Source: Candidatus Eiseniibacteriota bacterium (GTDB taxonomy: Bacteria > Eisenbacteria > RBG-16-71-46 > CAVPCR01). Taken from it: a DNA stretch of 64,000 nt. The position numbers were made by a program, and so were the translations under genes. The notes beneath the pieces were generated by a model that did no database searches, was not told the origin of the DNA, and saw only the letters and a list, made by a program, of their open reading frames with translations. Within the stretch, counting starts at the first letter, position 1. Every line of letters begins with the position of its first letter. Of this stretch, positions 30,534-40,514 are shown one piece after another. The stretch lies in contig CAWGMA010000001.1 of the NCBI GenBank assembly GCA_963823555.1, positions 576,001 to 640,000 on the forward strand. The letters run 5' to 3'.

Positions 30534-31138
30534 TCGCGCGAGTGGCGGGAAACCTCGTCGAGAAGCTGCCGACCCAGGTCCTGGTCGATGTCGGGGGAGT
30601 GGGTTACGAGATCGCGATCCCCGTTTCCACGTTCCAGCGCCTACCCGAGCCTGGAAGCCGGGTCGTGCTGCTCACCCACCTCGTCATGCGCGAGGATGCA
30701 GCCCTTCTCTTCGGGTTCGGCACGGCCGAGGAGCGCGAGCTGTTTCGGATGCTCATCACCGTGTCGGGGATAGGTCCCAAGACCGCGCTCGCCATCCTCT
30801 CCGGAATCGAGCTCGGTCGTCTGCGCAACGCGATCACCAGCGCTGAGGTCGACGTCTTGCGTGCGATCCCCGGGATCGGGAAGAAGACGGCCGAGCGCCT
30901 CGTCGTCGACCTTCGTGACCGCCTGCCAGCGGCCGGGGCCGAGGAGTCGGCCGCGGCGCATGCCGCCCGCGCTCTCGGATGCCCCCCTGAAATGTACCGC
31001 GACGCGGTAGCCGCCATGGTCTCGCTCGGCTACAGCGCCTCCGCCGCCCAGGCGGCGGCGAAGCGGGTGCTCGCCGCAGCCGAGGAACCGCTTGCGCTCG
31101 ATGAGCTCGTGAAGCGCGCGCTCGCGGCGGCGCGCTGA
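30530..31138 (+). CDS. ruvA: Holliday junction branch migration protein
   Basis: 'GVGYE', 'VSGIGPKTAL', 'IPGIGKKTAERL', 'LGYS'. Confidence 0.95.
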   Translation: MIARVAGNLVEKLPTQVLVDVGGVGYEIAIPVSTFQRLPEPGSRVVLLTHLVMREDAALLFGFGTAEERELFRMLITVSGIGPKTALAILSGIELGRLRNAITSAEVDVLRAIPGIGKKTAERLVVDLRDRLPAAGAEESAAAHAARALGCPPEMYRDAVAAMVSLGYSASAAQAAAKRVLAAAEEPLALDELVKRALAAAR

Positions 31139-31141
31139 TCC

Positions 31142-31170
31142 TTGACACTCGCCCCGCGCCTGCCTAGTCT
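31142..31170 (+). promoter_or_regulatory. sigma70-type promoter for the GWxTD operon
   Basis: TTGACA-17nt-TAGTCT; the ORF-track TTG start is this -35 box. Confidence 0.65.
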
Positions 31171-31210
31171 GCCCGCAGCCGATCCCGGGCCCGTCTTCCG
31201 GATTGCACCC

Positions 31211-32518
31211 ATGAGGCCGAACTTCCTCCTACTAGCTCTCATGTTCGCCGTGGTCGCCGCTTGCACCGGCGGGTGCGGCTCGAGTGGGCCGCCTGCTCCC
31301 CCGCCCGGTCTGACCGACATGCCGACCCGGTCCGACGCGCCGCCGGCCTTCTACGTCGATACCACCTCCCTGGTCGCCGACGAATCCTCGACCGGGGTTC
31401 GCGTCACCGTCTCCGCGCCCCTCAATCAGCTGCCGTTCACCAAGCGTCAGGGTGGGGGCTACGAGGCCGAGTTCGAGATGTCGGCCATCTTCTATGACAA
31501 GAACGCGGAGCAGGTGACGGGCGACGTCTGGCGCTACAAGACGACCGCCGAGCACTATCGTGAGACCACATCCAGCCGCAAGAGCTACACCGCCACTGCT
31601 GACTTCGCTCTGGAACCGGGTGAGTACACGCTGGTCGTTCATGTCTCGGCGGTCGGCGGCTCCGGCGGCTCGTCGGCGACACGCGTCGTCTACGTGAGCC
31701 CCCTCTCCAGCCAGGGCGTGCAGGTCTCGGCCATCGAGATCGGGTCATGCGCGGATTCCCTCTCCGGGGTGGCCGGTCCGGATGCCACCGCCTTCACGGC
31801 CAGTCTGACCCGTCGCTTCGGCGACCCGCTCCCTCACGTTTGCGCCCGCGGCGAGGTCTTCGCGCGGGGCGCAGGGGCCGGGGAGGCGGTGATCCTCACC
31901 ATGGAGACCATCGACCGCAGCGGGCAGGGCCATTCGACCACCGTTGACACGCTGATCGTGGTGGGCACCCGAACGGCGTTCTTGATCCCGATGCCGGTGG
32001 AGAGTCTCGGCCCCGGCACCTATGTGCTCGAGCTGACGGCGGCATACCGCGGCGAGAACGCAACCTCATCGCGGGAGTTCGAGATCGACGCGAGTCGGAT
32101 CGACATCGAGCGCAATTACGATGATTATGTCGAGCTGGTGCGCTACTACCTCGGCGAGGAGGCCGAGGAACTGCGCGGCGCGCCGCCGGGAGAGCGGCGT
32201 GCCCGCTGGGATGCCTTCTGGAAGGAGAGGGATCCCGATCCCGGCACTCCGGAGAACGAGCGCCTCGACGAGTTCATTTCCCGGATCCGAGTTGCGGCTG
32301 ATCGTTTCCCGGAACGCGGCAAGCCGGGTTGGGATACCGACCGTGGCAAGGTCTACATCCGGTATGGCGATCCCGAGGACATCGAGCAGGTGCCTGCCGG
32401 CTTCAACGCACCGGCCTATGAGATCTGGCGCTACACGAGCCGCAATCTGACCTTTGTCTTCGCCGACACCGGCGGGTTCGGCGAATACATCCTGGTCCAG
32501 CCATCCAGTCCATTCTAG
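31211..32518 (+). CDS. GWxTD domain-containing lipoprotein
   Basis: Signal peptide/lipobox 'VVAAC'; 'FWKERDPDPGTPENE', 'GWDTDRGKVYIRYG'. Confidence 0.88.
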   Translation: MRPNFLLLALMFAVVAACTGGCGSSGPPAPPPGLTDMPTRSDAPPAFYVDTTSLVADESSTGVRVTVSAPLNQLPFTKRQGGGYEAEFEMSAIFYDKNAEQVTGDVWRYKTTAEHYRETTSSRKSYTATADFALEPGEYTLVVHVSAVGGSGGSSATRVVYVSPLSSQGVQVSAIEIGSCADSLSGVAGPDATAFTASLTRRFGDPLPHVCARGEVFARGAGAGEAVILTMETIDRSGQGHSTTVDTLIVVGTRTAFLIPMPVESLGPGTYVLELTAAYRGENATSSREFEIDASRIDIERNYDDYVELVRYYLGEEAEELRGAPPGERRARWDAFWKERDPDPGTPENERLDEFISRIRVAADRFPERGKPGWDTDRGKVYIRYGDPEDIEQVPAGFNAPAYEIWRYTSRNLTFVFADTGGFGEYILVQPSSPF

Positions 32519-32521
32519 CCG

Positions 32522-33445
32522 GTGACAGGTGCCATGGCCCGCCACCCCGAGCCCCCAGCTGCCGTGGTCGTGACACCGCTGGCCCATCTGCACGCCAAGC
32601 CCGATCATCGCGCCGAACTCAAGAGCCAGCGTCTCGGCGGGGAGCTGGTGCGCCTCATCGAGCGCCACGGCTCCTGGTGGCTAGTGGCGGCCTGGGATGG
32701 CTACCGTGGATGGGTGCGCGACTGGTCGCTGGCGATCTTGAGCCCGGCCGAGGCCCGGGATTGGGCCCATGCGGCCCAGGCCTGTGCCTGGGGTCACGCC
32801 GTCAAGTTGCGCGTCGCCCCCGACTCCGGTGCGCCGGCCCGCCTGCTCTTGCCCTGGGGAGCCCGAGTCGCGCCGCTCGCCAGGCTCGACCACGGGGGGG
32901 AATCCTGGGTCCGGGTTCGCCATCCGGAGGGATGGATCGGCTACATGCGCGCTCCGGAGATCGGCCCACGATGGGAACGGGAGTCCGGACGGCTCCGCTC
33001 CGGGCTCCGAGCCGCCGCGCTCGCTCGTGCCCAATGCGGTGTCAGCTACCTGTGGGGAGGGGCTTCGAGCTGGGGATTCGATTGCTCCGGGCTCGTGCAG
33101 TGGGCATTCGCCCTCGCAGGCCGCGCCCTGCCGCGCGACGCAGCAGACCAGATTCGCGTGGCTCGTCCCCTGGGCTTGAGAGAGACGGCAGAGGCCGGGG
33201 ATCTTCTCTTCTTCGGTCGTGAGGGCGCTGTGAACCACGTCGCCATCTTCACCGCCCCGCCGCGGTTCGTGCATGCCTATGGCCGCGTCGAGGAAGCCCA
33301 GCTCTCCGGCCCGGGTACCGATGCTCGTCCCGAACTGCGCGCGATCTGCCTCGGCGCCTTCCGGCTGGGTGATGACACCCCCCGATCCTCCGGCCCTGCT
33401 CCTCGGTCCCGACCCGACTCCCGATCGTCTCGCGCGCGCCGATAA
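32522..33445 (+). CDS. NlpC/P60 peptidase with SH3-like domains (YkfC-like)
   Basis: 'YLWGG..GFDCSGL', 'LPRDA..Q', 'HVAI', 'FVHA'. Confidence 0.88.
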   Translation: MTGAMARHPEPPAAVVVTPLAHLHAKPDHRAELKSQRLGGELVRLIERHGSWWLVAAWDGYRGWVRDWSLAILSPAEARDWAHAAQACAWGHAVKLRVAPDSGAPARLLLPWGARVAPLARLDHGGESWVRVRHPEGWIGYMRAPEIGPRWERESGRLRSGLRAAALARAQCGVSYLWGGASSWGFDCSGLVQWAFALAGRALPRDAADQIRVARPLGLRETAEAGDLLFFGREGAVNHVAIFTAPPRFVHAYGRVEEAQLSGPGTDARPELRAICLGAFRLGDDTPRSSGPAPRSRPDSRSSRARR

Positions 33446-33524
33446 CGAGACGGGGGAGATCCGCCCGCGGTCCGCGTCCGGGCGGCCGCTCACGGCTGCT
33501 CGGCCCGACTTGCCAAGAGCCCGC

Positions 33525-34766
33525 ATGTACTACTACTTCTTCTTTGTCCCCATCGGGACCGATGTCACCTGCCGGCGCCGGAGCCTGGTCACGCCGCTCC
33601 TGGTCCTGGCCAACATCGGCGCCTACCTCGTGGCCGAGGTGATCCTGGGCGATCCCCGGATCACCTATGCCCTGGCCTGGAAGCCATCGGCTCCCACGCT
33701 CGTGTCAGCGCTCACCGCCTGTTTCCTTCATGCCGGGCCACTGCACCTCGCCGGGAACATGCTCTACCTGTTGCTGCTGGGGCCGGCCGTCGAGGACCGG
33801 CTCGGGCGCGGGCGGTTTCTCGTCATGTATCTCATGTCCGGCGTGCTGGCGATGGTCGTCCAGGCGGCCGTCGTGCTCACGATCGCGCCTTCCTTCGCGG
33901 ACTATCCGGTGGTGGGCGCATCGGGCGCGGTGGCGGGTGTGGTCGGTGCCCTCCTTGTCCGGCTGCCTCATGCCCGTGTTCGTGTTGCCTCGGCCACGCT
34001 CATGCTCCTGCACGGCGTGAACAAGGTCGGGGTGCGCCATCTGCCGGTTCCCGTGGCCGTCGCCGCCTGGATGATTCTCCAGCTGGCCTATGGTCTCTTC
34101 TCGCCAAGCGGTCACACTGCCTATTGGTCCCACCTTGGCGGCCTCCTGGCAGGAGGGGCGCTGGCCGTGGCGGGAGGCGCGCTCAGAGCGGGGCGATACG
34201 AGCGGCGGCTTGCTCGAGCCGGGCGCTACATGGAGGGCGGTGGTTGGTTCCAGGCCTGCGGCGAGTATGAGTCGGCGCTCCGTCTCACCAGGGATCGCGA
34301 CCCGGCCGTGCTCTCGGCCTACGCCCGAGCGCTGGTCGCGGCGAAGAGGCGGGGACGGGCGATTCGTCTCTACCGGGATGCCGTGCACGGGGAGCTGAAG
34401 AGGGGGCGGATGGCGGCGGCCACGGCTCTCTATCAGGAGCTCGAGCGCCTGCTCCCGGCTGCTGGCCTCCATGCCGGCGACCAGCTCAAGATGGCTCGCG
34501 GCCTACGGATGGAGGGCGAATTCGAGACGAGCGCCCAGGCGCTCCTGGACTTCGCGGAGTCGGCGGAGGACCCGGCCCAGGCCGAGATGGCACGCCTTCT
34601 GGCCGCGGAGATCCTCCAGCAGCTCCTGGGTGACCAGGAGGCGGCAGGTGCGATCTACCGCGACATCGATCCGCGCTCGCTATCCCCGCGCTGGGCGGAG
34701 TGCCTGGCTCTGCGCCGGGCCAGAGGATTCACGAGCCGCCGCTCTCCAGAAGGAAATGCCGCCTGA
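33525..34766 (+). CDS. Rhomboid intramembrane protease with C-terminal helical/TPR-like region
   Basis: 'FLHAG..HLAGNM', GASG, 'HLGG'. Confidence 0.88.
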   Translation: MYYYFFFVPIGTDVTCRRRSLVTPLLVLANIGAYLVAEVILGDPRITYALAWKPSAPTLVSALTACFLHAGPLHLAGNMLYLLLLGPAVEDRLGRGRFLVMYLMSGVLAMVVQAAVVLTIAPSFADYPVVGASGAVAGVVGALLVRLPHARVRVASATLMLLHGVNKVGVRHLPVPVAVAAWMILQLAYGLFSPSGHTAYWSHLGGLLAGGALAVAGGALRAGRYERRLARAGRYMEGGGWFQACGEYESALRLTRDRDPAVLSAYARALVAAKRRGRAIRLYRDAVHGELKRGRMAAATALYQELERLLPAAGLHAGDQLKMARGLRMEGEFETSAQALLDFAESAEDPAQAEMARLLAAEILQQLLGDQEAAGAIYRDIDPRSLSPRWAECLALRRARGFTSRRSPEGNAA

Positions 34767-34798
34767 TTCCGCCTCCCGTTCCGGCGGCGATCCTGGAC

Positions 34799-35344
34799 CT
34801 AGATGCAACCGCTCGCAAAGACCTGCTGCGTCCGCGTGTCCTTGTCGAAGAGGTGCACGCGGCTCTCGACCGTCTGCTCGAACATGATGCGCGTGAAGCA
34901 GGGCGAGAGCAGCTTGGCTTCCTTGCTGGTGGTGTTCTCAGCCAGGATCAGCGCCTTGGGAACGAGCTTGTGCGAGGGGTCGACGAACCAGATGGCGACT
35001 GTCTCCTTGCCGGTGAAGTTGATGTGCTGCTTGAAGTCGTACTGGCCCACCGCGTCGGTCAGGACCTCGCGGCACATCATGCCGTCGACAAACAGCTTGA
35101 CCTGGATCCCGGCCAGCGGCTTCTCGGTGCGATCAAGCACGGTTCCGAGGACTTGGGTCTCGCCTTTCATGACCGGGAGAAGGCCGTGCGGTACATCCCG
35201 CTGCGGCTTGAGCGTGTCATCAGGAGGACGGGTGTCCGTTGTGGCTGGCCCAGGCAGGGTGTCGGCCGGTGCCAAGAGCACGCCGATGGCGAGGGTGAGG
35301 ATGAGAAGAGCAGGGAACCGGCCGGAAAGCCGAACAGATCGCAT
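34799..35344 (-). CDS. Secreted hypothetical protein with carboxypeptidase-regulatory-like beta-sandwich
   Basis: Hydrophobic signal peptide; 'VLGTVLDRTEKPLAGIQVKL..TDAVGQY'. Confidence 0.6.
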   Translation of the reverse strand: MRSVRLSGRFPALLILTLAIGVLLAPADTLPGPATTDTRPPDDTLKPQRDVPHGLLPVMKGETQVLGTVLDRTEKPLAGIQVKLFVDGMMCREVLTDAVGQYDFKQHINFTGKETVAIWFVDPSHKLVPKALILAENTTSKEAKLLSPCFTRIMFEQTVESRVHLFDKDTRTQQVFASGCI

Positions 35345-35430
35345 GGTGCGCTGGGTGCGATGGGCGCAAGCGGCTAACTCAAGGCGTTTCATGGTGAACA
35401 CCTCCGCGTGAGCACTCGGGGCCCGATCGG

Positions 35431-35460
35431 AGGCTAGCACCGGGGTCTCGGAAGTGTCAA
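35431..35460 (-). promoter_or_regulatory. sigma70-type promoter
   Basis: Minus strand TTGACA-18nt-TAGCCT with TG extension. Confidence 0.5.
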
Positions 35461-35652
35461 ACCCGCCTCGGGACGTGCTTCGTGTTCGCCCGGGCGTCGC
35501 GAGGAGAGTCTCCCCGCCGTCGACCCCCTCCGGATGACGGGTCCAGGTCCGGGGTGGGGAAGGCCTGGCCAGCTGTGCGAAAATGAGCCGCCAGATTTTG
35601 AGCCGGCGGGTCCTATCGAGGGGTTTCCCGCGGTTTGCGGCCGTGAAGCTGC

Positions 35653-35681
35653 TTGCAAAGGCCGGGCCCCTCTGGTAGCTT
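35653..35681 (+). promoter_or_regulatory. sigma70-type promoter for the mre operon
   Basis: TTGCAA-17nt-TAGCTT with TG extension. Confidence 0.55.
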
Positions 35682-35978
35682 GCAACTCGGCTTTATCCTT
35701 GGACTTGCTGGATGGTCCGAGCGCTCGTCGCCGGCGCGGGATGGCCGTCCACGCGAGCGGTACGGCAGATCTGCCAGTGGAATGGAGGTTGCTCGGCCCG
35801 ATGAGCAGGGGTCGGGATCCAGGCTCCGATCTCCGTTCTCTCGTCCTCGTCGGTAGGCCGGTTTTCCTCCGCCTCGCGGCCAGGAGGTCCTTCCACGCCG
35901 CCATGGACGGGCGCCAGGAACTCTCCTCTAGCCGGGTGTGGAGTGCCTCGTGCGCTCCACGCTCGCACCGGGAGCACC

Positions 35979-37013
35979 ATGTTCAGCTATCTGATGGGCT
36001 TCCTTTCGAACGACGTCGCCATCGATCTGGGTACGGCCAACACTCTCGTCTACGTGCAGGGGAAGGGCATCGTACTCAACGAGCCATCGGTCGTCGCTGT
36101 CGAGAAGGCGACGGGCAAGGTGATCGCTGTCGGGCATGCTGCCAAGGCGATGCTCGGCCGCACTCCGGACAAGATCGACGCTGTCCGTCCATTGCGTGAC
36201 GGCGTCATCGCCGATTTCGAGAAGACCGAGGATCTCCTCTCGTCATTCATCCAGCGCGTCCAGCGTCGCAAGTTCCTCGTTCGCCCGCGCGTCATCATCT
36301 GCGTGCCGTCGGGCATCACCGAGGTCGAAAAGCGTGCTGTGCGTGACTCCGCAGAGCATGCCGGCGCGCGCGAAGTGCTGCTCGTGGCCGAGCCCATAGC
36401 GGCCGCCATCGGTGTCGGACTCCCCGTTTCGAAGCCGACCGGCAACATGGTGATCGACATCGGCGGCGGTACGACCGAGATCGCGGTCATGGCGCTCAAC
36501 GACATCGTGCACCACGAGTCGATCCGTGTCGGCGGGGACGAGATGGATGAGGCCCTCGTTCAGTATATGAAGAAGGCCTACAACATGCTCATCGGTGACC
36601 AGACCGCCGAGTACATCAAGATCAAGGTGGGGTCGGCGTTCAAAATCGGTGAGGAGCAGGAGCTGGAGATCAAGGGACGCGACCTGATCGCCGGCATCCC
36701 GAAGACCATGAAGATCTCGTCAGCCGAGGTGCGTGAAGCTCTCCTCGAACCGACCAACTCAATCGTCGATGCGGTCAAGCGCTCTCTCGAGCGGACTCCG
36801 CCGGAGCTGGCTTCCGACATCGTCGACAAAGGCATCGTGATGACCGGAGGCGGCTCGCTGTTGCGCGGGCTCGACGCCCTCCTGCGCGAGCACACCAACC
36901 TGCCCGTGACGGTGGCCGAGGATCCGCTGCTGTGCGTTGTTCTTGGCAGCGGCAAGATTCTCGAAGACCTCGAGACGTACGAAAAGGTGGTGATGAACAC
37001 CACCGAGGACTGA
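35979..37013 (+). CDS. mreB: Rod shape-determining protein MreB
   Basis: IDLGTANT, DIGGGT, TGGG. Confidence 0.97.
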   Translation: MFSYLMGFLSNDVAIDLGTANTLVYVQGKGIVLNEPSVVAVEKATGKVIAVGHAAKAMLGRTPDKIDAVRPLRDGVIADFEKTEDLLSSFIQRVQRRKFLVRPRVIICVPSGITEVEKRAVRDSAEHAGAREVLLVAEPIAAAIGVGLPVSKPTGNMVIDIGGGTTEIAVMALNDIVHHESIRVGGDEMDEALVQYMKKAYNMLIGDQTAEYIKIKVGSAFKIGEEQELEIKGRDLIAGIPKTMKISSAEVREALLEPTNSIVDAVKRSLERTPPELASDIVDKGIVMTGGGSLLRGLDALLREHTNLPVTVAEDPLLCVVLGSGKILEDLETYEKVVMNTTED

Positions 37014-37057
37014 TCCCGGAGATTGGGCGCGGGACGGACCCTGGCGCCAACCTGTCC

Positions 37058-38047
37058 ATGGAGAGAAGCCCTGAATCGCGGAGCCGAGCCGGCCTCCTCG
37101 ACCGCCGCGGAGAGCTCGCGGTCGTGTTTTGCCTCTCCACGCTCGCCATCGTGCTCATGCTCTTCAGCGACTCGACCCAGGCGCAAATCGCGCGCCACGT
37201 CGAGGACTTCGTCCTCAGCCCGTTCCGGACAGTGGATCGCGGCTACCGGCACATGGTCGCTGCGTTCACTTCGAATCAGCATCTCGAGCAGGAGCTGGCG
37301 GCCGCCAAGATCGAACTGGCCCAGACGGCGGAGATGCGACGTGAGAACGCGCGCTTGCGGGCGATGCTCGGCTTCCAGGCCCGCGAAGGGATCGAGCTCA
37401 TCGGTTGCGAGGTGCTGGCCGAGGGCGCGGGACGGCTGGGAGGGACGATCGTCCTCCTCAACCGCGGCTACGACCAGGGCATCCGCACCGGGCAGCCGCT
37501 CGCGGGCCGCGAGGGTCTGGCCGGCAAGGTGGTCGAGGTTCGCCCCGAGCGCTCGCATGCCATCCTGCTCAATCATCCCGATTGCGCCGTGGCGGTGCGC
37601 ATCGAGCGGAGCCGCGTGGCCGGTATCATCGAGTGGTCGCCAGGAGCGTTCGGCGCGCTCAAGCTCCGCAACATCTCCTATCTGGCCGATGTCAAGGTGG
37701 GCGATCTGGTGATCTCTTCGGGCCTGGGTGGGGTGTTCCCGGAAGGCATCCCCGTGGGCCGGATCACCAAGGTGAGCCCGGATGACACGGGTCTCGTCCT
37801 CGACATCACCGTCAAGCCGGCCGTCGATTTCAGCGCTTTGGAAGAAGTCTTTGCGATGGAGAAAGCGGCACGATCGCCGGACTCGGCCGGCCTCAGCGAT
37901 TCCGCGCCGGAAGTCGGAGTCGCGGGGGACCCACGGACGGAGAATCTCGGGCGCAGCGAGGAACGCCTGCCCGGGCCGCTCAACTCAGTTCGTCCGGCCC
38001 CCGCCACGCCTCCGGCGGAGGACGGCGGCCTCATAGGTTCGCGATGA
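37058..38047 (+). CDS. mreC: Rod shape-determining protein MreC
   Basis: TM plus coiled coil 'ENARLRAML', 'SSGLGGVFPEGIPVG'; synteny. Confidence 0.92.
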   Translation: MERSPESRSRAGLLDRRGELAVVFCLSTLAIVLMLFSDSTQAQIARHVEDFVLSPFRTVDRGYRHMVAAFTSNQHLEQELAAAKIELAQTAEMRRENARLRAMLGFQAREGIELIGCEVLAEGAGRLGGTIVLLNRGYDQGIRTGQPLAGREGLAGKVVEVRPERSHAILLNHPDCAVAVRIERSRVAGIIEWSPGAFGALKLRNISYLADVKVGDLVISSGLGGVFPEGIPVGRITKVSPDDTGLVLDITVKPAVDFSALEEVFAMEKAARSPDSAGLSDSAPEVGVAGDPRTENLGRSEERLPGPLNSVRPAPATPPAEDGGLIGSR

Positions 38048-38598
38048 ACGCCCGCCGCCCGGTCGACCATGCGCTGTGGCGCCGATCCTCCCTCGTGCTC
38101 GCCGGCTTCGTGCTAGCCGCTCTGGCGCTCGAGACCTCGGTCACCTTCCGGCTGGCAGCCTTCGGCATCGAGCCCAACCTCCTGCTGGCTCTGACCTACT
38201 ACTTCGCCCGCTACCAGGGGGCGGTGCCGGGCGCCGTGCTCGGATTCCTCGTGGGTCTCCTCGAGGATCTCTCGGCGCCCCAGGACCTCGGGGTCCATGC
38301 TCTGGCCAAGTGCCTGGTCGGCTTCGCCATCGGCAAGCTCTGGGCTGAACAACGGATCTTCAAGGACAATCTGCGGGCCCAGACTCTCACCCTGTTCCTG
38401 GCGGGCGTGGGCCACGATCTCGTCGTCTTCACCTTCATCTCCCGTGCTGATGCCCTGCAGTTCCTGTCGCTCTTCTTCCGCGTCGGCTTGCCCACGGCGA
38501 TCTACACGGCCATCTTCTGCCCTCTCCTCGTGACCGCCTGGAGCTGGCTGCGCGCGAAGGGGCCTCGGCTTCATGAACGGATCTTCCGCATCAACTAG
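38044..38598 (+). CDS. mreD: Rod shape-determining protein MreD
   Basis: Hydrophobic; 'PNLLL..GFLVGLLED'; synteny. Confidence 0.88.
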   Translation: MNARRPVDHALWRRSSLVLAGFVLAALALETSVTFRLAAFGIEPNLLLALTYYFARYQGAVPGAVLGFLVGLLEDLSAPQDLGVHALAKCLVGFAIGKLWAEQRIFKDNLRAQTLTLFLAGVGHDLVVFTFISRADALQFLSLFFRVGLPTAIYTAIFCPLLVTAWSWLRAKGPRLHERIFRIN

Positions 38599-40504
38599 AG
38601 GAGGCCGCGGCGCGGGGGGCGAGCCGGCCCGCGCTTCGGCGGCGCGCGCTCGCTGGGCCTACCAGGTGATGGCGATCGCCTTCATGATCCTCATCGTGCG
38701 CCTCCTCTACCTGCAGTGGGTGGATCACACACGGCTGCGGGAGCTGGCCAAGGAGAACGTCCTTCGCGAGGAAGTGCTGCCGGCCATCCGTGGTGTCGTT
38801 CGCGATCGCCAGGGGCGTACGCTCATCGACTCCGAGCCTTCATCCTCGGTCGCCGTCGATCCCTTCGACCGAGCCTTTCGCGAGGAAGGCGTGCTCGACC
38901 GGACGCTGTCGCGACTGGCCGAGATCATCGGCGTCGATCCGGAGCTGATGGCCGAGAAGATCGCCAGCGAAAGGGGCCGTTCCTATCTGCCTGTCCACGT
39001 CAAGCGCAACATCGATCAGGTAACCGTGGCCTATATCGAAGAGCATCGAGAGCTGCTCCCAGGGGTGTCGATCGTGATCGAGCCCCGACGCCGTTACGTG
39101 CATGGGAAGGCGGCGGCTCACCTCCTGGGCTACGTCGGCGAGATCGCGGACAAGGAGGTGGGTGTGACGGTCGAGGAGGCAATGGCCCCCGCTGCCGGCC
39201 GTGGACTGGATGAGCGGCACGGGTCCGCCGGCTTCATCGGCCGCCGCTACCAGCGCGGCGATCTCATCGGGCGCTCCGGCGTCGAGGCCACTTTCGAGGA
39301 ACACCTCTGCGGATTGAACGGAGTGCGCTTGATCGAGGTGAATGCTCTCGGCCGGCGCGTGGACGAGCTCATGCCGCTCAGCGGATTCGCCAAGGTGCGG
39401 CCCCCGGTGGCCGGCGCGGAGGCGGTGCTCACGCTCGACCTCGACCTGCAGCTGGCGGCCGAGGCGGCGTTCCCGGATTCGTTGATCGGCGCCCTCGTGG
39501 TTCTCGACCCGCGCACCGGTGGTGTGCTGGCCGCTGTGAGTCGACCGGCCTTCGATCCCAACGAATTCTCCGCCGGGCTGTCCGGCAAGGCATGGCAGGA
39601 GCTCGAGAGCAATCCAGCGCACCCGCTGCTCAATCGGGCCTTTCGCTCGGCGTATCCGCCCGGCTCGGTGTTCAAGGTCGTGACGGGTTCGGCGGTGCTC
39701 GACCGCAATGCGGTCGGCCCCCATGAGTATCTCAAGAGCTGCGTTGGCGGATATCAGTTTGGCACGCGCTTCTTCCGCTGCCATCATGTGCACGGTCCGG
39801 TTGTCTTCAGCGAGGCGATGATGGTGTCGTGCGACACGTACTTCTACCAAGCCGGGCTGCGCGTGGGCATCGACCATCTGGCCGACTACGCGCGGCGTTT
39901 CGGTCTTGGACAGCCGACCGGGATCGAGCTCAGCGAACGGTCGGGCTTCTTCCCGGATACGGCCTGGTATGATCGCCGTTTCGGCAAGGGCAAATGGAGC
40001 AAGGGGCTTCTTCTCAATCTCTCGATCGGCCAGGGCGAGATCCTGACCACGCCGCTCCAGCTGGCCGTGCTGATGAGCGCGATCAGCACGGGGAACGTCG
40101 CCGTGCCGCACGTGATGCAGAGCCTCGATGGCCGGCCGTTGCCCGTGCCCGAGCCACGGCCGCTGGAGCTCGCACCGGCTGTGCGCTCACGGGTCGTGGA
40201 AGCCCTGGAGCGCGTGGTGATGGACGAGAGAGGCACCGGCAAGCGCGCCCGGGTGCCGGGCGTGCGCGTGGCCGGCAAGACGGGGACCGCGCAGAATCCG
40301 CACGGGGAAGATCATGCCGTGTTCGCCGCCTTCGCTCCGGTCGAAGATCCACAGATCGCAGTCGCGATCATCATCGAGAACGTGGGCCATGGCGGCGAAT
40401 TCGCCGCCCCGGTGGCGGGGCAGATCCTTCGCGCCTACTTTGGGCGGGGCGGCGGCGAGCTGGCGGCCGGAGGCATGGCGCCGTCCGCGACCGAGGCCGA
40501 CTGA
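38573..40504 (+). CDS. mrdA: Penicillin-binding protein 2
   Basis: SVFK, SCD and KTGTAQ motifs. Confidence 0.95.
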   Translation: MNGSSASTRGGRGAGGEPARASAARARWAYQVMAIAFMILIVRLLYLQWVDHTRLRELAKENVLREEVLPAIRGVVRDRQGRTLIDSEPSSSVAVDPFDRAFREEGVLDRTLSRLAEIIGVDPELMAEKIASERGRSYLPVHVKRNIDQVTVAYIEEHRELLPGVSIVIEPRRRYVHGKAAAHLLGYVGEIADKEVGVTVEEAMAPAAGRGLDERHGSAGFIGRRYQRGDLIGRSGVEATFEEHLCGLNGVRLIEVNALGRRVDELMPLSGFAKVRPPVAGAEAVLTLDLDLQLAAEAAFPDSLIGALVVLDPRTGGVLAAVSRPAFDPNEFSAGLSGKAWQELESNPAHPLLNRAFRSAYPPGSVFKVVTGSAVLDRNAVGPHEYLKSCVGGYQFGTRFFRCHHVHGPVVFSEAMMVSCDTYFYQAGLRVGIDHLADYARRFGLGQPTGIELSERSGFFPDTAWYDRRFGKGKWSKGLLLNLSIGQGEILTTPLQLAVLMSAISTGNVAVPHVMQSLDGRPLPVPEPRPLELAPAVRSRVVEALERVVMDERGTGKRARVPGVRVAGKTGTAQNPHGEDHAVFAAFAPVEDPQIAVAIIIENVGHGGEFAAPVAGQILRAYFGRGGGELAAGGMAPSATEAD

Positions 40505-40514
40505 TGGGTGACGG

